DNA from: Guillardia theta CCMP2712
Lineage: Eukaryota; Protista; Cryptophyta
Direction of reading: 5' to 3'
Length of the DNA stretch: 64,000 nucleotides
NCBI RefSeq assembly: GCF_000315625.1
Contig: NW_005434634.1
Span: forward strand, 520,531 to 584,530
Shown here piece after piece: positions 9,634 through 21,871 of the stretch. The position numbers were made by a program, and so were the translations under genes. Under the pieces are notes generated by a model. The model did not search any database. It was not told where the DNA came from and worked only from the letters and a program-made list of their open reading frames with translations. Each line of letters opens with the position of its first letter. Position 1 is the first letter of the stretch.

Positions 9634-12600
9634 TTATTTGAGGGACTGGCGGCTCTTCAAGACGCTCTTGACCTCGTCCCATTCCTGCAAGAAGTTGAGA
9701 GGACCAAAGGAATGAGGACCCTTGCCTTGGAGGGAGCTATCCTCTCGTACATCCCCAGCTCCTCCGGCATCTCCCCGAACTCCCTTGGCCTCTGTCCGTT
9801 GAGAATCTAGAGGAAGTCAGCGCCAGCTCCCCTCCCCTCCTCTCCCTCGCACAGCTGCGATGTCGCCCGATAGTTCCTTGTCGACATGCCACCTTCCCCT
9901 TGAGCGTTCGGTCATTCTCCTCTTCAGCATCCTGCATGTTCTCACAACCCCCGGAGCTTCCCTAACTCTCTCACGTGGCCATGACTTCTCGATCAAAGGC
10001 AGGAGCAGCTGCAACCTTGAGAGTATCGCGGACGAGAGCATCTTTGACCTACGAAAGCGTTGGTGACGAACAGCAGAGGAGAGGGAGAGGGGGGGGAAGC
10101 ACCTTGAAATCAAGATCGTTGTCTCGCGACAAGCTTGGCGACGCGTTCACCTCAATCAGCCAAGGACGTAGATCTGGGAAGCATGAACAAGCGGAGAAGA
10201 AGGACAGAAGGAAGGAAGAGGAGAAGGCCAGGAGGATGAGAAGGAGGAGCACCCGAGTCTATCAGAATGTCGAACCCGAAGAGCTCGAAGGCGTTGGGGT
10301 GCTGGGGGATGCGGTCTTGTACGCAGAAGAGCGTCTTGAGGACCACCAGCGCTACCCGCCCCCACAGGCTCTTCCAGTCGATCCCAAGTGCTCTCAGCCG
10401 CCGCTGAAGCTGCTCAAGAGAAATCTAAAGAGAATTTAGCGTCCTCCTCACTCACTCGTGGAGCAAACCTTGGAGCCCCCGGATGCATACCCGTCCGACC
10501 TTAAGTTTCGCTGCTGGAGCTCGTTGACATTGTGGCGGTTGATGGAGCTGAGGAAGGAGAGAAGAGATGAGAAGAAGGTCGGAGAGACGACCAGAGGACG
10601 AGGAGGCGCCAGCAGATGAGGAGGAGGTTGGGAGGAGCAAGCATCTCCTGTCACCTATTTGTCAAGTGAATGAAGCGGTTTGCGATGTCTCCGGCATCGA
10701 GGCTGCAAGGAGTCATTAGGAACGGTCGTGGTCTGAAGGAGCAGCTGCGAACCTGTACCGTTCGGAGCTGAAGCGAGCGAAGCCCTCCTGGTACAAAAAC
10801 GCCTCGAGGGGGTTCATGCTGGTGACGAGGACGTAGAGGCGAAGGTCGAACTTGTAGCCCTCGAGGAGGAGAGGACGCTCGATGTAGGCCTGCACGATGA
10901 CGCACTCGGTGTAGGAGACGGCAGCGATGTCGTTGAACACGAAGATGCCACGACCTCGCGAGGACCCCGCAGGCTTCATGATCCACAAATTCTTCGAGGT
11001 CGGGAGGTCTGCTTTCCTCGCAAACTCCGTACAGAACTGAACGTACTCACCAGGAAGCGTGAAGGTGAGCTGTGAGTGAAATATGTAAGAAGTGAAAAGC
11101 GAGGAGCACACAGCGGAGAATGAGCAGGGAGAGCAAAACAAGCAGCGGAAGAGCAAAGCAAGCAGCGGAAGAGCAAAGCAAGCAGCGGAAGAGCAGCAGA
11201 CGTACAGGAGTTATGTCGAAGTACTCTCCGACTTTCCCCGGAATGTTTCGATACCTTGCAACGTTGCGTTTGAGATTATCCTGTGAAGTGTGAGGGGAAA
11301 AGTATGCTCGTACTCAAACCTTTCGAGTCAGATGCTTCGCTTCTGGGAAATGATTCACTCGCTGCCAGATGTTGAGGTCTGACCACTGAATCTGCAGCAC
11401 ACGTTTGAATCCTACACGATCACATGCCTTCCTCACTTTCGGCTTGCTCCACGTCCACAGCAGGTTCCAGCAGGAAGAGTTCTTCTGCTCGAGCAGAGTT
11501 AGACAAGCTGAGAAGTGGGACGGAAGGGATGGTACGTGCGAAGCAGGCATCTCCGTCCAGTCAGCTGAATCATCTCGAAGGCTCAAGAATGCTTCAGACA
11601 CGATGGAAGCGACCTGACGGGACACTCAGGAGGCGAAACGATACGGGGGCAGCTACTTCTGGTCGGTTCTGTACGACTCTGAAGAGAAGCTGGGCGGAGC
11701 TCCTCTCCTTCTGGTACGCCGACGCTCTGCCTCCTGGTCACCTCCTCGAGAAAACGTTTCAGCAGCACCTGTCCGAGCAAGCTTGAAGCGCGTCGTCCAG
11801 CTCCTTGTCTCCCATGTTGATCTTCACCTCATTCTTGCCGTGCAAGTCAATTTCCTCGACCTCGCCTCTCCTCCTACTCGTACCTTCCGCCATCGCCCGA
11901 AGGTTGCCTTGAGCGATTCCCACTCCTTGATGAACTTCTCCGCTACCTCCGCAAACCTCTTCCTCTTCATGTCAGCCTCTCTACTTGTGAATGCTCAGCA
12001 CCTGAGGATTTTCTTTTTCTCCAAGATGATGAAACGTGAAAATCTGCTCCACGGACTTGAACTGTGATGAGTAGAGAGTAGCAGGAACTTCTGGGAGCTT
12101 CTGGCAGACAGTTTCCTTGCTCAAGGTCATCTCCTCTTCCCTGCTCGGGTCTTGGGAAGTAACAGGAGGCTCCAAGTCAAGAGCTTGACTTTGGGGTCCA
12201 ACACTTGACGACTGTGTTTCTGTCGTACCTGATTGCTGCACAATCTCATTCGATGCTGCAGCCCCCAGCGGCTCAGCCTCATCATCATCACTTTCAAGTC
12301 CATCGGAGAAGGCAATGAGTTCGAGCTCATGCAATTTTCGCCTCCTGTCCCACAAGGAGTTAGGGAATTCATCTCGTCTCTCCAGCCTCTCACGTCTCCT
12401 CGTTGAGATTCTTCTGCCAGCCATCCGACGACGTCGCAAGCTCCTCTGCCTGGTCTCTGAGAGAAGGATCGTAGAAGTCTTTCTCATCCTCGTCCAGTCT
12501 GGCATGTGCCGGTTGGATCCATGGCTCTGGTGATGTCCGTTGTTCCCCTAAGAGCAAGAGGTCAAAAATCGCTGCGACAAGACAAACGAGCACAACCGAC

Positions 12601-14480
12601 TGAGTCCTCAGCATCCTCAACTTCGCGCTCGTCACGACGGCGAGGAGGAGAGGGCGACGAGAAAGTCAACCCCTCAAGATCTGAATACCTGTCACTTCTT
12701 TCTTCTACCTCTTGCTCCTCCTGTGCCTCCTCGTGGCGGTTATATTGCTGTTGCTGTTGCTGTTGCTGTTGCTGATGGTGCTGTGCTTCCTCGTATAAAG
12801 CATGTTCAGGCTCTTGTGCTAGAGTATGTCCTTCTTCTGTTTGTTTGCTTCCTGTCTGTCGTTTCCTCATCTCTGCCGTGTAAGACGACATTTCTGCAGT
12901 AGAGACAGCATCGGCAACCAACTCCCCGTCTTCGTCCTCATCCTGTTCCTCTTTCTCGTCCTCGTCCCCGCCGTCGCCGTCGCCCTCGTCCCAGCCTTCG
13001 TCCTCGCCATTCTCATTCTGCTGCTGATTAGTTAGGTAAAGTTCTGGGGCGTCCTGCTCTTCTGTGCTTTGAGCAGATTCTGATTCTGTCGCTTCGCTTC
13101 CCGACCCAAAAACGTTCGAGAGCAGTTTCTTTCTCTCTACACAATTCCCTGTTCCACCTTTTTGCGCTTCTCTGCTTTCCTGCTTCTTGTTTCCCTCCTT
13201 CCCACAATTGTCTACATTCAACAGATTCCCGTCATTTTCCGCGCTAAATGTGAACTCTTCTTGTCCTGATGTCGTATCCTCCGAAGTAGGATGATCAAGC
13301 AAGCCTCTGTTCACTTCGTCTCGGCAATCTCTTGACTCGTTCACATCAGAATTCTTCCTGGCTCCTTTCTCCGCTTGGAGGACATTCTTCACTCGCCGAC
13401 CTTGTTTGGAAGTAATGTCGTTAGTTTGACTTTGATGCAATTCTATGCTCGATTTGAAAGATGCTGAGCTAATTACGGAAAGCCGCTCTTTCTGGTTGGA
13501 CTTGGTAGTTTCCTCGGAAACGTTTTGCTTCTCCACTTGTTTTCTCTTGTGCTCTGCTATCCTCTGAAGAATCTTCTTCTTTTGCTCTTTGTGCAGCTCC
13601 AACTGCTGTTTTTCTTGTTGCTCCTTTTCAAGTTTCTTTGCTTGTTTCTCCTGCTGTTTCTTTTCTTTGTCTGCTCGGGCATCGGCTTCCTTCTCATCCT
13701 GTCGTTTGCTTTTTGTCTTGGTGCGGTTCGATACTCCCGACGTCATGAAGCAAACTTCAACCTTCCCTCCCCCTCCCAGAGAGAATGCCTGAGATGGAGG
13801 GGGCTTCGGCCGCGGAATCCATGGGCGATCACGAGATATCTGACTTCCGCGAGAGGTCTTGACCTGCAAACTTTCCTTCCCCACTGCGTTTCCGTCCCGT
13901 GAGTTTGATGATTCAGATGATGAGCGAGCTCGCTTCAGTTCTGCTCCTCCAGATGATGTTTTGGGTTGGATGGGAATCTTAGAAGAGAAAGCAGGTGCCT
14001 GATTGACTGAAGCACTCCGTGTGGAGCTAGCGAGAGGTTTGATAGGGTCAGACGTTATAGGCAGGGGTCTAGGTTGGTCTGGTTGCTGGGAGGGAGGAGG
14101 AATCGCCTCCAACTTGATCAGACGTCCTTCAGCACGTTCCTACAAGAGCGTGCGTCATTGGCCATCGAGCTGTCAAACTCCATCTTACCTTCAGTTCTAG
14201 ATTCAGAAACATGATAAGCTTGTCTGCATTGTCTGGTGCATATCCTTGCGATTTGGCCTGCATGTAAGTTGTCAAGAAGATTTTCTGTCTCAGTCTCTAG
14301 TTGATGTTACATGTTGAAGCATCAGGAGCCTGCCCTTGATACCCTCCGTGGTCATCGCAAAGACTTCTTCCATCTCGAACTGCAGAGCAGCTGCCACCTG
14401 CAATGGTCTCAGAATCCTGGAAAGAGAGCGGAACAGCAAAGGACCTGCTCGGTGAAGAGGCTTGTGATTTCCCTCTGCAT
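9634..14480 (-). CDS. Tubulin-tyrosine-ligase-like polyglutamylase (TTLL2-like) with a long charged N-terminal region, multi-exon
   Basis: QRVNHFPEAKHLTRK, WIMKPAGSSRGRGI, VQAYIERPLLLEGYKFDLRLYVLVTS, HLTN, FELFGFDILID, WLIEVNASPSL; C-terminal ILNGQRPREFGEMPEELGMYERIAPS. Joining the upstream exons (12.0-14.5 kb) through GT-AG introns is plausible but less certain. Confidence 0.85.
11141..11196 (+). repeat. Intronic 20-nt tandem repeat (agcagcggaagagcaaagca, about 3 copies)
   Basis: Read directly from the sequence. Confidence 0.85.
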
Positions 14481-14905
14481 CTTATGTGTTGTTGAACTGG
14501 ATGCAACGCTCTTCTCCTGCGAACTTCTGACTTCTCAGCTGGCCAATGCTTCTGTGCCGTGGACGGTAGTTTTCATATCCATCTCTTGCAACGCCAGTCA
14601 AAGCTCTCCGCCCTCTTCATTTTCCCTCATCTTCCACTTGTTCCTCCTTGTCGGCCTCTATCATGTCAGTTGCAGCGGTGTGCTGCTTCAGCAGGACCAT
14701 CCCAGTCCCTCCGCTTCCACCACAGATTCAACTCCCATGGCGTTCCCCCGATCGATTTGATTCGAATCAATCATTGCCATATGAACAGTTGAACCGAAAA
14801 AAGTCACCAAATTCGATTTCAATCGGTTCAAACAATTTTGAATCTCCAATTCCCGCCATGCAGAATTTTGTATCCCCTCTCTTCTGCCCCTTATGGTAAT
14901 CCCTT

Positions 14906-15005
14906 CCTCCCCTCCTTCCTTCAACTAGCTCCTCCTCTCCCTGCCATACCTCCCTACCTCCCCTCCTTCCTTCAACTAGCTCCTCCTCTCCCTGCCATAC
15001 CTCCC
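14906..15005 (+). repeat. Two-copy tandem duplication (about 50 nt) in the divergent TTLL/PIBF1 intergenic region
   Basis: cctcccctccttccttcaactagctcctcctctccctgccatacctccc occurs twice. Confidence 0.85.
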
Positions 15006-15147
15006 TCTCACAGATTCTTCAAACTACATCCCCGATGGCTCCCTGCGATTGATCTCAGACAAGGTTAATCGGGTGTAGCGGTCTACGACAAGTTTCGTCT
15101 TCAGTGAATAGTATTGCCTTGTTGTCTCAATCAATCAAAGAATCAGC

Positions 15148-17516
15148 ATGGCAGCCAAGAGCGATGTAGAAAAGCTGCTTGAGGAGGTTCAGATCACTTC
15201 CAAGTCTTGGCTGGGTGATGAGTTGATCAGCGCACTCAGCTCAGAAGATCTTGAAGGCTTGGACGACGAATGGGCAGACGGTCAAGATTCAGACCTGGAT
15301 GATATCAGCTCGTTGACCTTCTCTGATATATCATTAGCCAAGCCTTCAAGAGCAGCAAAAGCAGACGACGATTATAGGCATCTGACTTCCAAATCAGATT
15401 CAAAGAAAGGAGACAAAGACGAGATCATCAAATTGAGGGCACAACTGGAAGAGCTGCGAAATCAAAACGAAATTCTAGAATTTAAACTGAATCATGCGCA
15501 TCGCAGACGAGAAGACGATATTAATCAGGTTCGCGAAAAACAACTAAAGCCCGCATTAGAGACGATCTCGCAGCTTGAAAGGATGCGCGACAAATGGAAA
15601 GAAGATGAGAAGATTCGAAAGGAGGACTTTCTACATGCTCTTGAGATCTCGCAAAGAGATTACCAGGAAATTCAATCTGTCCCACCAGAAAATCGTGATT
15701 TGAAGCAAGAAGTAGCATTGCACGTTTGGGAGCGAATAGCTGAAGTTCAGAAAGGAAGGACTGCGGCAAGAAGAGAAGCCGATGCTTTACGTGAATCTCT
15801 GAACTTAGCCAATGCTGAATTGCGAGACGTCCATGGAAGGTGGGAAGAATCCGAGAAGATTGCAAACGCAAGATATGTAGAATACAGTCAGAACTTGAAG
15901 ACTTGGCAGGAAAAATGTTCAAACCTTCAGCGTAATCTGGATGCCCTAAATGAAGCCATAACCTTGCATGAAGAGAGAAGTCGAAGATGTGACGAAGCAG
16001 AGGCTCGAGAGAAGAGAACAGCACAGGAATTGAACAATGCTGCAATCCGGGTTGGAGAGCTGGAAGCCGTCATAGCAACTTTGCAGAACGAAATGAAGAA
16101 TGTCATGGAAGACTCTCAGGAAAAAACGCGCGTTTCGAGCATCCTTCAATTGGACAAAGACTACTTGCAGAAAGAAAACGCGGATCTCTTGTCCAGATGT
16201 CAGAAAGCAGAGGAAAAATTGGAGAAGAAAGCTTTCAAAGTGAAGGAGCTTCAACGAAGCAAGGAGCAGCTGGAATTACAGATGAGAGAACAACAGATCT
16301 TGACAGTAACAAGCAATGAGGAAAGAATCCAGTCACAGATCGCAGCCCTGCAAGAACGTGCTCAGCAGGAGATTGGAGAGATAAAGAAGAACACAGCCGA
16401 GTTTTATGAGAGACAAAATCAAGCCCTCCTCGATGCCAAGGAGGAAGCTTTGTCTGAACTTGAAAGACTTCGCAAGAGGTTATCCGATGTTGAGAAGGCC
16501 AAAGAGCTTGCTGTCCGAGAGCACCTGGAGTTAGTCTCGACCTTCGAGTCAAGAGTAGGAGAAGCTCGAAGCCAGGCAAAAATCAAGGCAGCAGAACTTG
16601 AAAGAGCACACATTGCTCAGGAAGACGCTCAGGCTCTGATCCGACAGCTTAGACTCGAAGCTGAAATGTATCGCGAGAAAGTTGAGCTGCTGAGAACTGA
16701 GCTGAGCTCGCTGCAGACGTCCTCTGCCACTAGAATCACAGAACTGGAGGCGCAAGTTACAAACAATGACGCGAAGTTAAAATTGTTTGAATCCATCGAG
16801 AGTGACTTGGTAACCATGACAGACGACATGAAAGGCACTCTTTCGTATCCGGAATACGTGCTGCAGTCTGACTCCCGTGCTCTCGGAAAGATTTCTTCCT
16901 ACGATCACTCGAGAAGAATCGCTCAAGCAATGTCGCTCGCGCGGAAGGTGATGGAGCAGCAAAAGGAGATCGCGGGCCTCAAGCAGACCATCGACGAGCA
17001 GGAGTCTCACATTGCGAGGATCTCAGCTGAGCTCAGTCAAACGAGCTCGTTGCTGTCCAAGTCCCCGCAGCCTCAGGATGTGCTTATCCAGGCCATCTGC
17101 GCCCGGGACGAGGAGCTCAAAGTCCTGCGGGCGGACATGAAGAGGATCAAGAGCGTGCATAACCTGTTGAAAGAGGAGCGAGACGCTCTGAGCTCGCAGT
17201 GCGAGCAGCTCAAGTCAGACTTGAACAAGTTGTCTCGCGTCAAGAAAGCGTCAGAAGATGTTCAAGCAGCGATCGGTCAACTGCAGTTCCAGCAAGAGGT
17301 GATGAGATTGTTTGATGTGATGCTCGTGACAAGCTGTCTCCAGCTCAACATGCAGAGGATCCAAGAGATTCGAAAGGTTGAAACGAAATCGTCAGGTGAC
17401 ATTCCTAGATAATCTACTCTGTCATGATGTGGTGACCGAATGAGCTAGATTCAATAAGACTAAAGGAGAATCAACCTCACGCCATCTGGTTTACTAAGCT
17501 CAAGAACAGGAAATAG
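15148..17516 (+). CDS. PIBF1: Coiled-coil centriolar protein PIBF1/CEP90 homologue
   Basis: About 770-aa coiled coil with PIBF1-like motifs LQLDKDYL, EFYERQNQALLDAKE, RRIAQAMSLARKV and QPQDVLIQAICARDEEL. Two short 3' introns lead to ...WFTKLKNRK*. Confidence 0.7.
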
Positions 17517-17606
17517 TAGAAAAAATCACAGGGAAGTAGAAACATATTTCAAATAGTTTTGCAATCCATGTCAATGATTGAATGTAAATGAAGGAAAACT
17601 TTCGGA

Positions 17607-19660
17607 TCAGGTTCCCGCGCTCAACAAGTTACGTTTCCTGGACAAAGCTGCATGCTTAGACACCAGAGACTTAAAGGCTGGTAGCTCCGTCTTCCCTCGC
17701 TCCTTGAGCGATTGGATGCCATCCTCACACTGCCTCAGCGCGACATCGATGGCGTCAAGAGCAGAAGCCACGGACAACTTGTCCATCCTCGTCTGGTTGG
17801 TTATGTTCTGACAGTGCTCTCCGAACCGCAGCGCCTCGATAGTCTCGTCCCCATGGCTGTCTTCCAGCGTGCCAGTGACGAGAACGTACGTTCGGCTAGA
17901 GCCTCCAAGAGCGCCCTTGAGCAGCATGGTCAGCCGAGACTCGAGGAAGGGAACGTGACTGCGCTCCTCGTTGAGGGCCTTGATGCACTTCTTGAGCACG
18001 AGCAGACCGCTGTTGATGGACGCTGCTTCTCTCTTCGCGCTCCCCTCCACCTTGGACTTACTGATGTGCTCGCACCCTGCAAGATCTGCGAGGACGAGCT
18101 GCGAGCGGATGATGAGCTGCTCTGTCCTGTCGACCCCAGCTGAATCCTTGCTCCTGTTCTGCTGGAGGTTGACGACTAGGATTGTGTGAGCTCTACTCGA
18201 TCGCTCGTTCATGGCCGTAGCTCTGTATCGCTTGTTCTCCTCTCCTCGTCGAAAGACTTCCAGCAAATCTCGACGAGATGCTACTGTAGTTTCAGCGGCT
18301 CCATGAAGTTCAAATCCAGAGGAAGAGGTTCGGAGATTGACTTTCTTGCCGTCCACAAGGTCGGTGACGACCTCCTGATAGACCTGCACGTACTGCACTG
18401 AGATCGCAAGCGCTGACAACTTCTCTCGTGCCATCTTCTCTCTCGCGTCCAGCAGCTCCCACATGCTCCGCACGACGATTCCGAGCTTCGAGCTGGTGCC
18501 TTCAAGCTCGTCCATCCACTGTGGGGGACCGAAGAGCGAGAAAGTCTTGCCGCTTCCTGTCTGCCCGTACGCCAGCACACAGGAGTTGAATCCGTTGAGC
18601 GATGAAATCACCGCGTTCCTAGCGAAGTTGGAGTACACATCCTCCTGCCCGACCTGTGCGTCCATGACGTTGGAGAAGCGAAACGAGCGGACGCCAACCC
18701 CCGGGATGTATGCAGCTACGCTCGACTTATCGACCGAGAGAACTTTTGACCTGCCGAACATCCGTCGCTGCCCCTCGTTCTCATCAGCCGCTTGGGAGCC
18801 ATCTGGGCCTCGCTTCTGTCCGCCTTCGCCCGCACGTGCCTGACTGGGATGGGCTGAATCGATGTGCATACGATGTACCTCAGCCTCTTCTGGTCTTACC
18901 TCGCCAGCAGAGCCTTGACTGTAAGAGCTCGTCCTGTCGTCTTGTTGAACACTCAAGTGGGACACGTTGGTTCTCGCATCAGATTGTGCTCTGCTGTTGG
19001 CAAAGAAAAGGTTCTTAGCGTCCTGCAGCATCTCCATTAGCTCCGAGGAGATGTCACTTTCATTCCCAAGGAACTTCGATTTGATCTCACTGACTGACAG
19101 CTTAAGCTCTCCCATCGCCTCCTCCCTTGTAATCTTCTGCCCTTTCTTCAGCATCTTGAGACGCTGATGCAACGGCAGAATCAGCCCAGTCTCCTCTTGA
19201 TGTCCGGGTTTGAAGCGAACCGCCACCCGTATCTTGTGGTCGTGAGCAACTGAATCGCAGCTGCTCCACTTGTTCCTTGCGGGAAAGAGGTGATCCCAGA
19301 AGAACGCTCGCCACTCGACCACCAGCCCCTCGGGCACGTAGAGCGCGAGCTCGTTGGATATGATGCGAGAAATGAGGGCCCATCCGTCTTCTCCATCATC
19401 GATCCAGCTTCTGAGCGTCCTTGATACGCATCTGAGCATGACCTGTCGCGAGTGATCAATAGAATCCTGAGTCAACCTTGGAAACCCAAAGCTCCATCCT
19501 AACTTTTAGAAATGCAAGCTCCTCCCTTCACGCGTCTTCCCTCCCCATGTCTGCATCATCACCTCTGCTCTCCTCTCTCCTCCTGCTTACCGCATGTCGC
19601 CATCCCACAGCTGGCAATGTCAAACAAAGCGCTTGCATTGCCGTTGAACCAGCAAGTCAT
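17607..19660 (-). CDS. Kinesin motor protein, atypical (N-terminal extension, large loop-1 insertion)
   Basis: IRVAVRFKP, P-loop AYGQTGSGKT, switch I NERSSRAH, switch II DLAGCE, HVPFLESRLTMLL. Start inferred at 19660 through three tiny introns. Confidence 0.9.
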
Positions 19661-19850
19661 GATTCAAACTTCTCCTCTAGAAATTCAAATCATAGAGCAA
19701 GATTTGCATCAGGAGTGAAATGACAAAGTACCTAGCAGGCGCAATGGGACGAAGGCTCAGGAGCAGTTCCTCGAGGCGTGAGGGGAGGAGGTAAGAGGAG
19801 CAGGTTTGAGAGGAGGGAGTAGGAAGCACACTAAGAGGACGAGCTCTCCA

Positions 19851-20882
19851 ATGCGCTCTCGCCATGCTGTCGCCTTTTCTCTTCTGGCAGCGATCTTGAC
19901 GCATGCCGGGGTTCCAGGATCGCGCGGGCGCATCCCAGGACGAAGGATGGCATGTTGGCAGATGCTGAGATTGAGGGGACATGGAGGCGAGTTTGATTAC
20001 TTGCCGGATGAAGGTCTCTTCATGAGTACTGAGGAGGAGGAGCCCCGGCCGCGAGAAGAAGGAGCGCCGATCACAAGCCTCCCGGAAGCTATCCTCACCC
20101 GAGCTGAGTTAGAGCAAGTCAAGTACTGGAAGAGGGTCGAACGGTCCATGGAGGCTGAAGAGCAGGATAGCGCCAATGACACCATACCGTATCCCGTTGA
20201 GAAACTATTCGTAAGCAGCAACACTACGGACACTTCTTGGCGAGCCATGGAACTCATGAAGGAGTGTACCATGAACGCAGTGCAAGGCAACGCCGAGATG
20301 TCAGACGGATTTCTCGTGTTTCAAGACATGTTCGAAGTGGGAGAACAGTTGGGACTGTCGTTTTTCCATCAATTCTTGAGGTTTGTCATTGCGCTCGCCA
20401 GAGATGGCAAGGCTGAGACTGCGGACGGGGAGAGGGTGTTCGAGTTCATTGTAAATCAGGGGATTCGTCCTACAAAAGAAACTTACATCCTCGTGATGAA
20501 TGTCATATGTGAGGGAGCTAAACAGGACCCACAGCGAGGATATCTTTCGGAAGGATATCGATGGTATGCAAAATTCCGGAAAGACGGGTTTGAAAGTGAC
20601 GAGGAAGTAAGAGAGGCGTATTTTGAGGTCTACGAGGCGCAGAGCCCCAACGTCTATGACGTGGATTTCTATCGAGATAACTGGTGCGTGCTCTATAGTG
20701 CTGAAGACCGCCTGTGGCAAGGAATTCCTGAATTCGGGATAGAACCGCACGGTTCCTACATTGATTTGATCCCTGAAGAAGATTTATGTAACAGTACTAT
20801 ACAAGAGATTTTCAAGGGAGAAGACAACGAGACATCTTCAGACATCAACATGACTGAGAGCGAATATTCGAGTTCTTTCTAG
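19851..20882 (+). CDS. Signal-peptide-bearing protein with degenerate PPR-like repeats and an LRLRGHGG motif
   Basis: MRSRHAVAFSLLAAILTHA signal; MLRLRGHGG; PPR-like GERVFEFIVNQGIRPTKETYILVMNVICE. Confidence 0.6.
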   Translation: MRSRHAVAFSLLAAILTHAGVPGSRGRIPGRRMACWQMLRLRGHGGEFDYLPDEGLFMSTEEEEPRPREEGAPITSLPEAILTRAELEQVKYWKRVERSMEAEEQDSANDTIPYPVEKLFVSSNTTDTSWRAMELMKECTMNAVQGNAEMSDGFLVFQDMFEVGEQLGLSFFHQFLRFVIALARDGKAETADGERVFEFIVNQGIRPTKETYILVMNVICEGAKQDPQRGYLSEGYRWYAKFRKDGFESDEEVREAYFEVYEAQSPNVYDVDFYRDNWCVLYSAEDRLWQGIPEFGIEPHGSYIDLIPEEDLCNSTIQEIFKGEDNETSSDINMTESEYSSSF

Positions 20883-21759
20883 CTGAGGATGCCGATCCAC
20901 TCGGTTGGGAATCTTCCTCGTCGGGTGCCTCCTCATCGCTTGCATCGGACTGAGTTGACGAGTCTGGTTGGTGCCATGCAGCCTCAGCAGCGACATCTTC
21001 GACTACAGACAACCTGGAAGGAACAAGACGTGAGGTCCTGACTATCTTACATGCAACAGCATACCGCACGAGGCTTTCGAAACCGAGGGGAAGAATGGGG
21101 ATGGAAGCAAGGAAATCCGCAAGAGCAATCGGATCAAAGAAGCGTGCAATCTTGTCGCAGACGTCTTCAAGATTCTCCCAGTGCGTTAAGATTCTTTTCT
21201 TGACATGGTGCAGATCTCCTTCGAAGTAGATGAGACATTGTTCCAAGTCTTTCTCGAGGTCCTCGTCGAGGTCCGAGGGGGCAGGCGGTTTCGACGTTGG
21301 AGGCCCAGATTCGAGAAGCTTGTAATTTACCCTGTATTCAATAAGTTTATATCTGTCCTGTTTGATCTTGTACTCGATCTCAATCCTGTTCCCATGATTT
21401 GTTGCATGAACGCGTGCCGCAAGCGTCATTCTCTTCGGCTTGCATTCCCATGCAACACATTGAAGCTCTGACATCAACTTCCTACCCAGCTCCACAGAAG
21501 TCCTGCTCTTTTGGCACTCTTACTTCGGGTCACACTGAAGACAGAAAGCTCAACGTACCAGAGAAACATCGTCGGAGTTCCACCTCAGAGAAGTTGCTTT
21601 CAGTAAATTCTGGAATCGGGTTGGGTCTGACTGGAAGGGATACGTTGATAATCTAAGTCTGTTTGTGTTTGAAGCATTGGAGACAACGAGGGATGAAGAG
21701 AGTAGGAGAGCTCGTAAGATCATACAGCAAACTGCATGCTTTACCAGCCTCCTCGCCAT
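20845..21759 (-). CDS. Hypothetical protein with N-terminal signal peptide (probably 2 exons)
   Basis: Exon 1 MARRLVKHAVCCMILRALLLSSSLVVSNA..., then a GT-AG intron near 21.5 kb into a 216-aa coding-like ORF. Confidence 0.55.
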
Positions 21760-21871
21760 CGCTATCTGACCGGTCACATCGATATGAGCATTCCTGTGCT
21801 TGGTTTTTTAAAATCTGTAAAAGATAGAAAATCTCTTGTAAAACAGAAGGCAATGGCGTGAGGTGGGGAGG

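Noticed and set aside
14770-14795. X-box-like (RFX) motif near ciliary genes, also near 37665
   Set aside because: Poor match to the consensus, and RFX regulation is not established outside opisthokonts and their relatives.
19525-19535. In-frame TGA upstream of the kinesin motor (possible selenocysteine or readthrough)
   Set aside because: It falls inside a 33-nt GT-AG intron (gtgaag...ctaaaagttag) whose removal keeps the frame.
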